Positions 18,541 to 28,490 of a stretch of DNA of 61,055 bases are shown in pieces. The notes beneath the pieces were generated by a model. The model was not told where the DNA came from. It saw only the letters and a program-made list of their open reading frames with translations, and did not search any database. The position numbers and the translations under genes are program-made. Location of the stretch: positions 1 to 61,055 of the forward strand of contig JAWOEH010000150.1 of NCBI GenBank assembly GCA_046482855.1, given 5' to 3'. The stretch comes from Bacteroidales bacterium (GTDB taxonomy: Bacteria > Bacteroidota > Bacteroidia > Bacteroidales > UBA12077). Position 1 is the first letter of the stretch, and every line of letters starts with the position of its first letter.

Positions 18541-19730
18541 ACACCCACTCCCATATTCAACATTCTATCAGGAGTATCCAGGGCTTCATTGCCCAACCAC
18601 TGATAATCGATTTTAAAAGCAGCGCCACGAGCCACCTTCAAGGTAAGACCTGCCGTAATCTCTTGCCGGTTGTAAGCTGTATTTTCAGTTAAGCTAGCCT
18701 CAACTCTTTGATGTGTATCGTATTTTTCATAGCGAACAAATGGAATCAACTCCAAATTTGTAGAAGTTGCATGGTGTAATACATTGTAGCCAGCTTCTAA
18801 GTAATATCCCATTAAAGCTGACCCCAAGTCAGAGCCGGTAAACGTATTATATGCCTCGGTATTACCCAGTGATCCATATATCCACTGTCCACGTGTATGG
18901 AAGCCACCCGATTGATAACGATAATCAAGACCTACCATTGCCAGCTGAACTACTGATGAATCCGCCATCTCTTCTGCAGTCTCATCGTTCTTTGAAAGTC
19001 CATCATACAAGGTGCTTTGCGTATCGCCCAAATAGCCTGATAACCCTAGCGACAATCCGGAGAAACCCGTATAGTTGAACTTAGCAGAAAGATTCGGACT
19101 GCTGATGTAAGACTCTGCTCCTTTTTGTCGCCCACCTCGTAATCCTTTTTTTCCATTAAGATTTGCATCTCCATCATAACCATTGAACCCATTAAGTAGA
19201 TATACCTGATACTTTAGCTGCATAGTTGGCAAATAACCAGTAACACCTACACCAATCTCTCGCCAGGTAGTAGGCACAATGTATTTATCCAGATTAGGCC
19301 GCTCTACACCATTATACGTAGTGGGTTCGTGATATTCATTAATTATGCCCATGGGTACCAACACCAATCCGGCACGAACATGCATATTGGGGAGCAAACG
19401 GTAATCCAGGTAAGCCTGCTCAATATACACCTCCTTCACATGCTCAAATTCAATCTCGGTAACAAAGCTGGTACGATCATTAAATCGGTATCCGGTAAAC
19501 AGAATTAATCGATGTACGTCCAGTTTCCCATTATAATGGACATCCCCATTTAAGGGCTGATTGTAATCAATCTGGCCATAACCGCCAATGTTTAATCCGG
19601 TTCCCTCAAAATCCAAAACTTTCTCGGTAATACCCTCATGTTGCTCATACGTTTCCGCCTTCTCTTGTGCTCCTACCGGGAGGTTCAGTACTATAAGGCT
19701 AAATACAAATAATCCAAATTGCTTCATCAT
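18531..19730 (-). CDS. Outer-membrane porin-like beta-barrel protein
   Basis: Signal peptide, IGGYGQIDYN, TEIEFEH..IEQAY, NEYHEPT and C-terminal GVGVWF. Confidence 0.8.
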   Translation of the reverse strand: MMKQFGLFVFSLIVLNLPVGAQEKAETYEQHEGITEKVLDFEGTGLNIGGYGQIDYNQPLNGDVHYNGKLDVHRLILFTGYRFNDRTSFVTEIEFEHVKEVYIEQAYLDYRLLPNMHVRAGLVLVPMGIINEYHEPTTYNGVERPNLDKYIVPTTWREIGVGVTGYLPTMQLKYQVYLLNGFNGYDGDANLNGKKGLRGGRQKGAESYISSPNLSAKFNYTGFSGLSLGLSGYLGDTQSTLYDGLSKNDETAEEMADSSVVQLAMVGLDYRYQSGGFHTRGQWIYGSLGNTEAYNTFTGSDLGSALMGYYLEAGYNVLHHATSTNLELIPFVRYEKYDTHQRVEASLTENTAYNRQEITAGLTLKVARGAAFKIDYQWLGNEALDTPDRMLNMGVGVWF

Positions 19731-19760
19731 AAAAAAATTTAAGTTATCTTCACGGCGCAA

Positions 19761-19779
19761 AACTAGATCGATTCTAAAT
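19761..19779 (-). promoter_or_regulatory. Putative Bacteroidota-type Fur/iron box
   Basis: The minus strand reads ATTTAGAATCGATCTAGTT, a near palindrome of type ATTTAGA-N5-TCTAAAT, about 30 bp upstream of the porin start. Confidence 0.55.
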
Positions 19780-19874
19780 AGACGACAATACCATCATGTA
19801 GGTATTTTCAGACATTTAAGTCCGATTAAACAAATTCACCGGTAACGCGTATATTGTTTGACAAAACTTAACAC

Positions 19875-21920
19875 ATGAACATACTAATTGCCAGCATACA
19901 CCTACCCCTGAAAGATCCTATACTCATTTTTTTAACCGTTTTGTTGATCGTGCTGGTCACGCCACTTATCTTTCGAAGATTGGGTATTCCGGAAGTTATT
20001 GGTTTGATTCTGGCAGGAGTTGCTGTGGGACCACATGGATTAAACCTTTTATCCACCGACTTAGGGTTATCTCTTTTTGCCACCATAGGGCTGTTATACC
20101 TCATGTTCTTAGCAGGATTAGAAATAGATATTAAAGAGTTTAAGGCCAATAAAAAGCAAAGCATCAGTCTGGGACTTTTAACCTTTCTGATACCCTTGGT
20201 GGGTGGGTTTTTCACCATGCTTCTTATTTTTAACCTTAGCCCCACAGCCTCGTTACTGGTAGGAAGTATGCTTGCCACACACACGCTTGTGGCTTATCCC
20301 ATCGTAAGCAGCCTGGGTATCAGCCGACAACGAATTGTGGGCATCATCATCAGTGCCACCATTATTGCCGACACATTAGCACTGCTCATCTTAGCCTTAA
20401 TATCCGAAACAAATCAAGCAGGCGTAACCTGGACATTTGCCTTACGATTCATTGGTTTCTTCTCCGGCTTCCTGTTTATTGTACTATATCTCTTCCCCCG
20501 ATTAAGTTCCTGGTTCTTCAAAAACTATGATGGCGACAGTGGTGCAGAATTCATTTTTGTCCTTACCATTGTCCTTACCTCATCGGCCATTGCCGAGCTG
20601 GCACACATCGAGCCCATTGTAGGCGCCTTTTTTGCAGGCATTGCATTAAACCGACACATTCCTCATACCTCCCCTCTGATGAATCGCCTAACCTTTAGCG
20701 GCCACAATCTGTTTATCCCCTTCTTTCTAATCAGCGTCGGGATGTTGGTGGATTTATCCATTTTAATTGAAGATCCTAGAATTATCTACCTCATCCTTGT
20801 GCTACTGGGTGTTGCCATTGCCAGTAAGTGGCTTCCAGCTTTTATCTTTCAGCGAGCTTTCCGCGCTCCCAGTACACATCGGAAACTTATCTTTGGCCTG
20901 TCCGACTCAAGAGCAGCTTCGGCTATTGCCATTATTCTGGTAGGCTATAACCTGCAATTGGTTGATGAAACAATATTAAATGCCACAGTAATTATTGTCC
21001 TTATAACCAGCCTTATCAGCTCACTGGTAACCCAACGCACCAGCAAAAAAATTGCCCTGGAACTGGAACAGGAACCCTTAACAGAGGAAACCGAAGAGCG
21101 CATTCTCATTCCCATATCAAATCCAAAAACCATCGAGAAGCTTATTAATTTTGCAGTGATGATAAAAGACAGCCGAAGTATATCGCCCATCTACCCCATA
21201 ACTGTTGTCCCGGATGATGTGAAGGCAGAGCAAAATGTTATCCGCTTCAAAAAACAGCTAGATACGGCAAAATTTCATGCTTCGGCTACCGACCATCTTG
21301 CGGAAGTGCATTCTCGCGTAGATACCAATGTAGCCGATGGGTTGGCAAGAGCTGTGAAAGAGATGGCCATCACAAAAACAATTCTCGGTTGGCACGGACG
21401 CTCCAATACAATAGAATTCTTCTTTGGTTCATTGCTCGATAATCTGGTGCAAAAAACAGCCAAGGCGGTGTATGTACTTAAACTTGTAGGGCCTCTCCGC
21501 CTGATAAACAATATTCATGTGTACTTGCCTGAACTGGTCGAACGCGAAATCGGATTCCCAGAAGGACTGCATACTCTTGACAACCTGGCTGCACAAACCA
21601 ATAGTTCTATCACCTTTTGGGGCTATAACGGAACCGAGCATATTTTGGAAAAGATGAAATTACTTAGTAACGGCTCAAAAAAAGGGAAATACCATTTCCG
21701 GCGCGCCCCCTCCCCTTCTATGCTCGAACGTGTAGCTCATAAATTGGCAACAAAAGATCTTTTGGTTATTTTCACCGCCAGAAAAAACACGATTTCTTAC
21801 AACAAAATGTCGGCCCATATTCCCAGACAATTAGACAGATATTTTCAACAACACAACGTATTAATCATGTATCCGGAACAGGAGGTTGTCACAACCGACT
21901 TGATGGAGTATCAACTATAA
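19875..21920 (+). CDS. CPA2 cation:proton antiporter with a C-terminal USP-like domain
   Basis: GLLYLMFLAGLEID, ATIIADT, IEPIVGAFFAG, FIPFFLISVGM. Soluble tail begins RILIPISNP. Confidence 0.9.
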   Translation: MNILIASIHLPLKDPILIFLTVLLIVLVTPLIFRRLGIPEVIGLILAGVAVGPHGLNLLSTDLGLSLFATIGLLYLMFLAGLEIDIKEFKANKKQSISLGLLTFLIPLVGGFFTMLLIFNLSPTASLLVGSMLATHTLVAYPIVSSLGISRQRIVGIIISATIIADTLALLILALISETNQAGVTWTFALRFIGFFSGFLFIVLYLFPRLSSWFFKNYDGDSGAEFIFVLTIVLTSSAIAELAHIEPIVGAFFAGIALNRHIPHTSPLMNRLTFSGHNLFIPFFLISVGMLVDLSILIEDPRIIYLILVLLGVAIASKWLPAFIFQRAFRAPSTHRKLIFGLSDSRAASAIAIILVGYNLQLVDETILNATVIIVLITSLISSLVTQRTSKKIALELEQEPLTEETEERILIPISNPKTIEKLINFAVMIKDSRSISPIYPITVVPDDVKAEQNVIRFKKQLDTAKFHASATDHLAEVHSRVDTNVADGLARAVKEMAITKTILGWHGRSNTIEFFFGSLLDNLVQKTAKAVYVLKLVGPLRLINNIHVYLPELVEREIGFPEGLHTLDNLAAQTNSSITFWGYNGTEHILEKMKLLSNGSKKGKYHFRRAPSPSMLERVAHKLATKDLLVIFTARKNTISYNKMSAHIPRQLDRYFQQHNVLIMYPEQEVVTTDLMEYQL

Positions 21921-21998
21921 CAAATAACCTGGCATTAGCCTACGAAAATGATCTATACATCAGGCGAATGTCAACAAAATACCTGAAATATTCATAAT

Positions 21999-24143
21999 TT
22001 ACGTGTTCTTCTTCTGTATGGGAAGATCCTGATCATGAACAAAACGTTTAAAAAGTTTCGCCATGGAACGCTGCTCCCCAATGAGGGTCAAAATATCACC
22101 TTCCAATAATTGCGTTTTTCCATTGGGAACAAAGGTCTTTCCACCCCTCTCAACAAGTGCAACCAGAACATTTGCAGGTAGCGCTATTTCCCGCAACTCT
22201 TTGTCAATCATTTCCCCCTGGTGGCTATTTTGAAGTAATTGCAAGGTAATAAACCGTTCGCTTTGCAACAGATACTCTTTAATCTCGCGATGGCTATTTA
22301 AACTGGTAATTTGCTTAACAAAATTTTTCCGTTCCAAAATATCAATTAACCGCGTTAACATCCGTAGCTGCTGTTTTGGTTCTTTAACAGGATTAACAAG
22401 AAAGAAAAAAACGCGAATACGATCTTTGGATTGAATGCCATGCTTAGTGACTTCCCGTTCGATACCCTTGCGGGCGATTACAATATGTAACTCCGGATGG
22501 TCGACTCCGTGATTACGACCGTAAAGGATGGAGATTTCCGGAAGAATCATTGTGGGCTCGAAAGCAGAGACCACCATAAATTCATTTTTCAGATCTTCTT
22601 TATTAATGTGCATCTCAGCTGAAAAGGTTTCAGTTACCTTCTCCAGGAGCTCTTGAAATGACAACTCACGTTCGATGTGCGTAATTTTTGACCGAATCAC
22701 CGTTTCATCAAAAGGATCCCCTTGACGCAATCCTTTCTCTTTAAGAATTGTCATAAATTCGTTCTCCAAATCATCGTATTGGTATTTCCCCAACAGTGCA
22801 AACCAATGAAATATCGCACCCTCTCGCTTCACCCGCTCACGCGCATAGTAATAGTACCAAATGATGGAGGCTAGAATAATTAACACACTGAATGCCATTG
22901 TCAACAAGCCCATATAACTTATAAGAACCAGAGAGATGAGAATCCCGGCAATTTGCATCCAGGGATATAATGGGGAACGATAACCGGGATCGTAAGACTC
23001 AATTCTGCTTTTGCGGAAAACGATAACGGCAAAATTAATCAACATGAAAATAAACAATTGAAAAGCACTGGCTACCTTAGCAATGCTCTCTTCGGAAACC
23101 AACAGAATAAGCAGAAGAACGAATAGCGTAGTAATAAATATAGAGAGCATCGGCACTCCGCTGCGACTTACTTTGGCAAGCTGGGGGGGGAAAAGATTAT
23201 CCCTTCCCATTGCAAAGGGATATCGGGATGAAGAGAGTAAACCAGCATTGCCGGTAGAGGCAAAAGCAGCCATAGCCGCACCCACCATCAAATAAGTTCC
23301 GGTATTACCGGGCATCCATTTAAACAAGTGTTTAACAGCGGTAGCTGCCGGTGCCAAATCATTGGCAAATTTATCCGGTTCAATGAGGGCTACCATTACA
23401 AACACCCCTAAAAAATAGATAATACTCGTGATAACTAGAGATAAAAGCATACCTAAGGGAATATTTCGCTCCGGATCCTTTATCTCTTCAGCTACACTGG
23501 CAACCTTGGTAAGTCCCAGGTAAGAGACAAACACAAACCCTGAGGTAACAATTACTCCCTCAAACCCATTTGTAAAAAACGGACTGAAATGACTATTAGA
23601 AAAAGGGCCATCAATAGTATCTGTAGCCATAACTCGGTAGAGTCCTTCAATGATAAAAGCTCCCAAAACAATAAGTAGAAAAATAATAAAGAAATTTTGC
23701 AAGCCGGATGTTTTTTTTGCCCCAATAATATTCAGCCCCATAAATACCATAGTAGCGGCTACCGCAATTAGTTTTACCGGAACATCCCAAAACAGAGCCG
23801 CATAGGCCCCAATACCAATAATGGCAAATGCTGTTTTGAAAACCAATGCCAGATAGGTGCCCAGCCCTCCAATGGTTCCCATGAGCGGACCAAGGCTTCT
23901 GTCCAAAAAGAAATACGCACCTCCGGCCCGGGGAAGAGCTGTGGCAATCTCAGCCATACTAAACATCGCAGGTAGTATTAGCAACCCTGCCACTAAATAG
24001 GCAACAAAAACAGAAGGACCTGTGTAATGTGAGGCTAATCCCGGCAACAGAAAAAAACCGGAACTAAACATGGCTCCGGTGCTGATGGCAAATACATCAA
24101 ATAAGCCCAACTCCTTTTTTAACTTTCTTTTTCCGGTAGTCAT
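21999..24143 (-). CDS. APC amino-acid permease with C-terminal PTS-EIIA-like and RCK_C (TrkA-C) domains
   Basis: LKKELGLFDVFAISTGAMFSSGFF, AEEIKDPERNIP and SSSRYPFAMGRD. Tail LVALVERGGKTFVPNGKTQLLEGDILTLIG. Confidence 0.85.
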   Translation of the reverse strand: MTTGKRKLKKELGLFDVFAISTGAMFSSGFFLLPGLASHYTGPSVFVAYLVAGLLILPAMFSMAEIATALPRAGGAYFFLDRSLGPLMGTIGGLGTYLALVFKTAFAIIGIGAYAALFWDVPVKLIAVAATMVFMGLNIIGAKKTSGLQNFFIIFLLIVLGAFIIEGLYRVMATDTIDGPFSNSHFSPFFTNGFEGVIVTSGFVFVSYLGLTKVASVAEEIKDPERNIPLGMLLSLVITSIIYFLGVFVMVALIEPDKFANDLAPAATAVKHLFKWMPGNTGTYLMVGAAMAAFASTGNAGLLSSSRYPFAMGRDNLFPPQLAKVSRSGVPMLSIFITTLFVLLLILLVSEESIAKVASAFQLFIFMLINFAVIVFRKSRIESYDPGYRSPLYPWMQIAGILISLVLISYMGLLTMAFSVLIILASIIWYYYYARERVKREGAIFHWFALLGKYQYDDLENEFMTILKEKGLRQGDPFDETVIRSKITHIERELSFQELLEKVTETFSAEMHINKEDLKNEFMVVSAFEPTMILPEISILYGRNHGVDHPELHIVIARKGIEREVTKHGIQSKDRIRVFFFLVNPVKEPKQQLRMLTRLIDILERKNFVKQITSLNSHREIKEYLLQSERFITLQLLQNSHQGEMIDKELREIALPANVLVALVERGGKTFVPNGKTQLLEGDILTLIGEQRSMAKLFKRFVHDQDLPIQKKNT

Positions 24144-24320
24144 AAACGCTATTGATATTCATTACTAACAACTTTTAATTCCCCCTTTCAATCCTCCTTC
24201 CTCTGGAATTTCATTCATGGTTAAGATAGGAATAATTCTTAAACAAATGAATACTAGATGTGGTTCACAGGGCAATTTCAAGCAAGAGAGCAGAATGGAT
24301 TTAAAAAAGAGGGTAGCCGT

Positions 24321-25487
24321 CTAAAATTGCCACTGCTGCATCATCTTAAGCAGTTGACCAATGCGTTCACCTGTGTTAATAAGAAGCCCGGGAGCGTTTT
24401 CTATAAGTTCCTTTAGTGTTGCGGGTCCCTCAGCCAAGCTTAAGAGGATATCAAACCCTTCGTCGTACAACTCTTGATGTCCTTGGGCCAGTGTGCCTGC
24501 AATGGCAACAACCGGTTTATTGTATTTTTTTGCAAGTCGGGCAACTCCGTAGGGCGTTTTCCCAAAAGCTGTTTGAGCATCCAGCTTTCCTTCGCCGGTA
24601 ATAACAACATCAGCCGCTTCAATTGCCAATTCAAGATTGGCTCTATCGGCAATCAACTCAAACCCGGGTGTGAGTGTTCCGTTGGCAAAAGCTACAATTC
24701 CGGCACCCAAGCCACCGGCAGCACCGGCTCCCTTTTGCGCAGCAATGGATTTTCCTTGTTGCTTCTCAATCTTACTATACAACTTCTTCAAAGCGGTTTC
24801 CAATGCTTGCACTTGCTCATGATCCGCGCCCTTTTGCGGTCCAAAAGTTCGAGCCGCACCCTCCGAGCCTAATAAGGGATTTGCCACGTCACACGCGGCT
24901 AAAACGTCTATTCCATTAAGTAATTGGTTCGGTTTCGTAAGATCAAATTCATAAATACGATAAATAGGGTCGCCAGGTAACAACCGGGTGCCATTCATAT
25001 CATAAAACACACCTCCCAGTCCCTGGCAAAAGCCAACACCCCCATCAATTGTAGCACTGCCACCTAAACCTATAATAACCTCCGTGCATCCTTGTTCTAC
25101 GGCATGTTTAACCAGCTGACCTGTTCCATAAGTAGTGGTTCCCATAGGATCAAGTTCATCATCCAGCAACCGTTCAATTCCCGAGGCGGCAGCCATTTCA
25201 ATAATTGCTGTTACACCATCGCCGGTTATACCGTAATGTGTTTTAAGCGGACGCATGAGGGGATCATAGGTTTGTACCTCTATCCAAGTGCCATCAGTTG
25301 CAGCTACCAACGCCTCCATTGTCCCCTCTCCGCCGTCGGCCATAGGAAACCTCTGCACCCGACACCTTAACCGGGAGTGAATTAACCCTTTGGACAAATA
25401 GTTGCATACTTCTTTTGCCGGCAAACTATGTTTAAACGAATCGGGTGCAATTAGTATTTCCAGGGGATCTTTCTGCTCCATAATCAT
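24321..25487 (-). CDS. glxK: Glycerate kinase (class I)
   Basis: IAPDSFKHS, PMADGGEG, GLGGSATIDGG, GAGAAGGLG and TGEGKLD motifs. Confidence 0.95.
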   Translation of the reverse strand: MIMEQKDPLEILIAPDSFKHSLPAKEVCNYLSKGLIHSRLRCRVQRFPMADGGEGTMEALVAATDGTWIEVQTYDPLMRPLKTHYGITGDGVTAIIEMAAASGIERLLDDELDPMGTTTYGTGQLVKHAVEQGCTEVIIGLGGSATIDGGVGFCQGLGGVFYDMNGTRLLPGDPIYRIYEFDLTKPNQLLNGIDVLAACDVANPLLGSEGAARTFGPQKGADHEQVQALETALKKLYSKIEKQQGKSIAAQKGAGAAGGLGAGIVAFANGTLTPGFELIADRANLELAIEAADVVITGEGKLDAQTAFGKTPYGVARLAKKYNKPVVAIAGTLAQGHQELYDEGFDILLSLAEGPATLKELIENAPGLLINTGERIGQLLKMMQQWQF

Positions 25488-27232
25488 TTTTTGTCCTCAA
25501 TCTTCTTTAACCACATCACTTGATAAGGCTCAATAACAATGTGCCCATGTTCCAAATTTACGGGCTCATCCGATAACAAGTTCTCAAGATCACCCTTCTC
25601 TTTAAAGAAATGCGTTACTGCATATCTTCCTTTCTGGTTTTGCAGGTTTGCCACGCACACAATACGTTCATCGGTCTCTTCCCACTCTCGCATCACGACA
25701 ATGATGGCAGGTGAAACCTCCAGCGTATATTGTTTCGCATCCGGATGGAAGGCTTTATGCTGCTGACGAATACCTATTCGGCGTTTCAATTCACGTAAAA
25801 TGTAACCATGATGCATATGATCACTCTCAAGCACCTCTTTAAGCTCATTATGGTCCCACTTATAGCGATTAATGGAACGATGTTGCCCGGATTCTTCTGC
25901 AAGTTTTAATGCATTGCGTGTACCTAAAAGACTATGAATATAAAATGCAGGAACGCCTTTCAATTGCAGCATAATCGTTTGCGAACACAAAAACCGCTCA
26001 ACCTGATACGAATCGAACCCATTTTGTGTCCCTCTCATGGCATCGAAATAGGTAATGTTGATTTCGTAGGCACTCTCAGAGCCATCGGCATTGGTTTTGG
26101 TACTAATATAGCCGCCATAGGTTTGCATATCATGAAGAAGCATTTGCTTCTGTTCCTCGGGCAACAATCCCTCCAGTGGCCGTACACCAATACCATCATG
26201 CGAGGCAGTAAAGTTGAAAAAGGTATTCCCCGGACGTGGCGATGGGATGGTCTTCAACCACTGCGTAAGATAACTTCCGTTACCAGTATGCAAGGCATGC
26301 AACATAAGAGGGGGCAGACTAAACTGATACACCATATGCGCTTCATCGCCTTCGCCAAAATAACTCATATTTTCATCATTCGGAACATTGGTTTCTGTTA
26401 ACAATATTACTCCGGGATTTACCAAATCCACAACATCGCGCATTAACTTGACCACCTCATGAGTTTCGGGCAAATGAACCGAAGGGGTGCCCAGTCGTTT
26501 CCATAAAAACGCAATGGCATCCAGCCGAATGATACGTGCCCCTTGCCGGAGATAAAAAAGCAGCACTTTCATTATTTCCAGTAACACTTCTGGATTCCTG
26601 AAATTCAAGTCTACCTGGTCGGCACTAAAGGTTGTCCAAACCCATCGGGTTCCTTGTGGTGTTTCAACAGGAGTAAGCAAAGGTTTGCTTCTGGGACGAA
26701 CTACTGTGGATGTATCCGCCTCTGGTGAGACGGTAATAAAATATTCGCGTTCATTCTCTTCCCCCTCCATAAAAGCCTTAAACCATTTATGTCCGGCAGA
26801 TACATGATTCACCACCAGGTCAAACATTAAATCTACCTCTTCTCCGAGTTGTTTTATATCTTCCCAATGCCCAAGAGCCGGGTTTACCTTCATATAATCC
26901 TGTACTGCAAAACCATCATCGGAAGAGTACGGAAAAAAAGGTAATATATGAACAACGGTAATACGATCTTTCAGAAACGCTTTCCAAAAATCGTACAAGG
27001 TTTGCAAAGGAGCTTTCTCTTCTTCCCTTATAGAATCGCCGTAGGTAATGAGCACAACATCCTGCTGGCTCCAATGGGGAAAATCATATGTAGGACGTTT
27101 ACGAAAATCCTCAATTAGTCCATAAAACCGATATAAAAAAGCATCGGTAAGATGATCTTTATATAAAAACCTTAGCCTGGCTGTTATCCGTTGCAAAAAA
27201 GAAACAGGCAAGTCAAAGTGTTGGTGCATCAT
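25484..27232 (-). CDS. GH13_18 sugar phosphorylase, probably glucosylglycerate phosphorylase
   Basis: LITYGDS, HILPFFP.SSDDGF, RLDAIAFLWK, ETNVP, ASHDGIG and acceptor loop KTNADGSESAYEIN (Glu-type, unlike the YQ of sucrose phosphorylases). Confidence 0.88.
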   Translation of the reverse strand: MMHQHFDLPVSFLQRITARLRFLYKDHLTDAFLYRFYGLIEDFRKRPTYDFPHWSQQDVVLITYGDSIREEEKAPLQTLYDFWKAFLKDRITVVHILPFFPYSSDDGFAVQDYMKVNPALGHWEDIKQLGEEVDLMFDLVVNHVSAGHKWFKAFMEGEENEREYFITVSPEADTSTVVRPRSKPLLTPVETPQGTRWVWTTFSADQVDLNFRNPEVLLEIMKVLLFYLRQGARIIRLDAIAFLWKRLGTPSVHLPETHEVVKLMRDVVDLVNPGVILLTETNVPNDENMSYFGEGDEAHMVYQFSLPPLMLHALHTGNGSYLTQWLKTIPSPRPGNTFFNFTASHDGIGVRPLEGLLPEEQKQMLLHDMQTYGGYISTKTNADGSESAYEINITYFDAMRGTQNGFDSYQVERFLCSQTIMLQLKGVPAFYIHSLLGTRNALKLAEESGQHRSINRYKWDHNELKEVLESDHMHHGYILRELKRRIGIRQQHKAFHPDAKQYTLEVSPAIIVVMREWEETDERIVCVANLQNQKGRYAVTHFFKEKGDLENLLSDEPVNLEHGHIVIEPYQVMWLKKIEDKK

Positions 27233-27242
27233 AATTTTGCAT

Positions 27243-28454
27243 TTATCGATTATCGAGTTCAACCGCCTCATCAAGACGCTCCATAAAATCCGGAACGGCG
27301 CTAATTACGCGTTTCCAGCTGGGAATAAAAGGCGACTGCAAAGGATTTGACAGAAATTTCTCCCCAGCCACATACACGTTTTGTGCAAACAATTCAACCG
27401 CCTCTTCCTCTTTATGCCGATCGTAATCCAATCCGTTAATAATACTATCGTTGGCATACTGTTCCACAAAATCCAAAGCTATTTTGTAGTAGGTAGCCTT
27501 AATGGAGCGGAAAGTGCCGCGTGAAAACGTATACCCGTTTTCGGCAAGTTCGCGGTAAATGGTAGCTGCGATATCAATACTCATCTTCGCCAATCCTTTA
27601 TCCGGATCTTCTTTCGACAGCGGCTGGTGTTTATGATCATATTTATCGGCTATTTCCACCTGGCAAATACGGTTGGTTCGATTCAGCCGTTGAACTTCGG
27701 AAAGCACTCCAATTTCCAGGCCCCAATCACTGGGAATACGGATGGTTTTAGCCACATCGGCACGCATGGAAAATTCGCCGGAAAGTGCATACCTAAAACT
27801 ACTCAGATATTCCAGGAAGTCAACATTACCAAAAAACTTCTTCAGTGTGAAAATCAACGGGGAAACCAACAGACGCATAACGCGTCCGCGCATCTTCCCT
27901 TCCGACTCGCGATAATAAAACCCTTTGCAAAATTTATAATTATACCGTGGATCGACAACAGGATACAACAGACGGGCTAACATCGATCGATCATAGGTAA
28001 CAATATCGGCATCATGAAGCGCGATCGCCTCCGATTTTCCCGAGGCGATAAAATAGCCGTAACAAAACCATGCATTACGCCCCTTACCCATATAGCGTGG
28101 GGCAATCTGATTGTCCTTTAAGTCTCGATCCAAGGCCTGCAAACGTGGTCCATCATTCCATAAAATGCGGTGATGTTGCGGCAATTGACCAAAGAATTCT
28201 TTGGCATGGTGAAACTCCTCCTCAGTAGCTCTGTCAAGCCCGATAATAATTTCATTCAGGTACTTTATTTTTGAAAGCTCCTTAATAATTCCGGGCAAAG
28301 CCGGTCCATGTAATTCGGAATAGAGGCTGGGAATTATAAGAGCCATAGGTCGATTCTTGGAGAACTTCAAGAGCTCTTGTTCTAGCTCTTCTATTGGCCG
28401 TGTGCGTAGATTATGTAATGTGGTTACGATACCATTTTGATAAAAATCTCCCAT
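27243..28454 (-). CDS. gpgS: Glucosyl-3-phosphoglycerate synthase
   Basis: MGDFYQNGIVTTLHNL, GKGRNAW, HDADI, GRVMRLLV, YALSGEF, DWGLEIG and YDHKHQ. Adjacent to the phosphorylase and glycerate kinase genes. Confidence 0.82.
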   Translation of the reverse strand: MGDFYQNGIVTTLHNLRTRPIEELEQELLKFSKNRPMALIIPSLYSELHGPALPGIIKELSKIKYLNEIIIGLDRATEEEFHHAKEFFGQLPQHHRILWNDGPRLQALDRDLKDNQIAPRYMGKGRNAWFCYGYFIASGKSEAIALHDADIVTYDRSMLARLLYPVVDPRYNYKFCKGFYYRESEGKMRGRVMRLLVSPLIFTLKKFFGNVDFLEYLSSFRYALSGEFSMRADVAKTIRIPSDWGLEIGVLSEVQRLNRTNRICQVEIADKYDHKHQPLSKEDPDKGLAKMSIDIAATIYRELAENGYTFSRGTFRSIKATYYKIALDFVEQYANDSIINGLDYDRHKEEEAVELFAQNVYVAGEKFLSNPLQSPFIPSWKRVISAVPDFMERLDEAVELDNR

Positions 28455-28490
28455 AGTTGTATGTTTTTTTCAGATCTTCCCTAAAGATAT

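Noticed and set aside
25484-27232. Sucrose phosphorylase
   Set aside because: The YEIN acceptor loop and the gpgS/glycerate kinase context point to glucosylglycerate.
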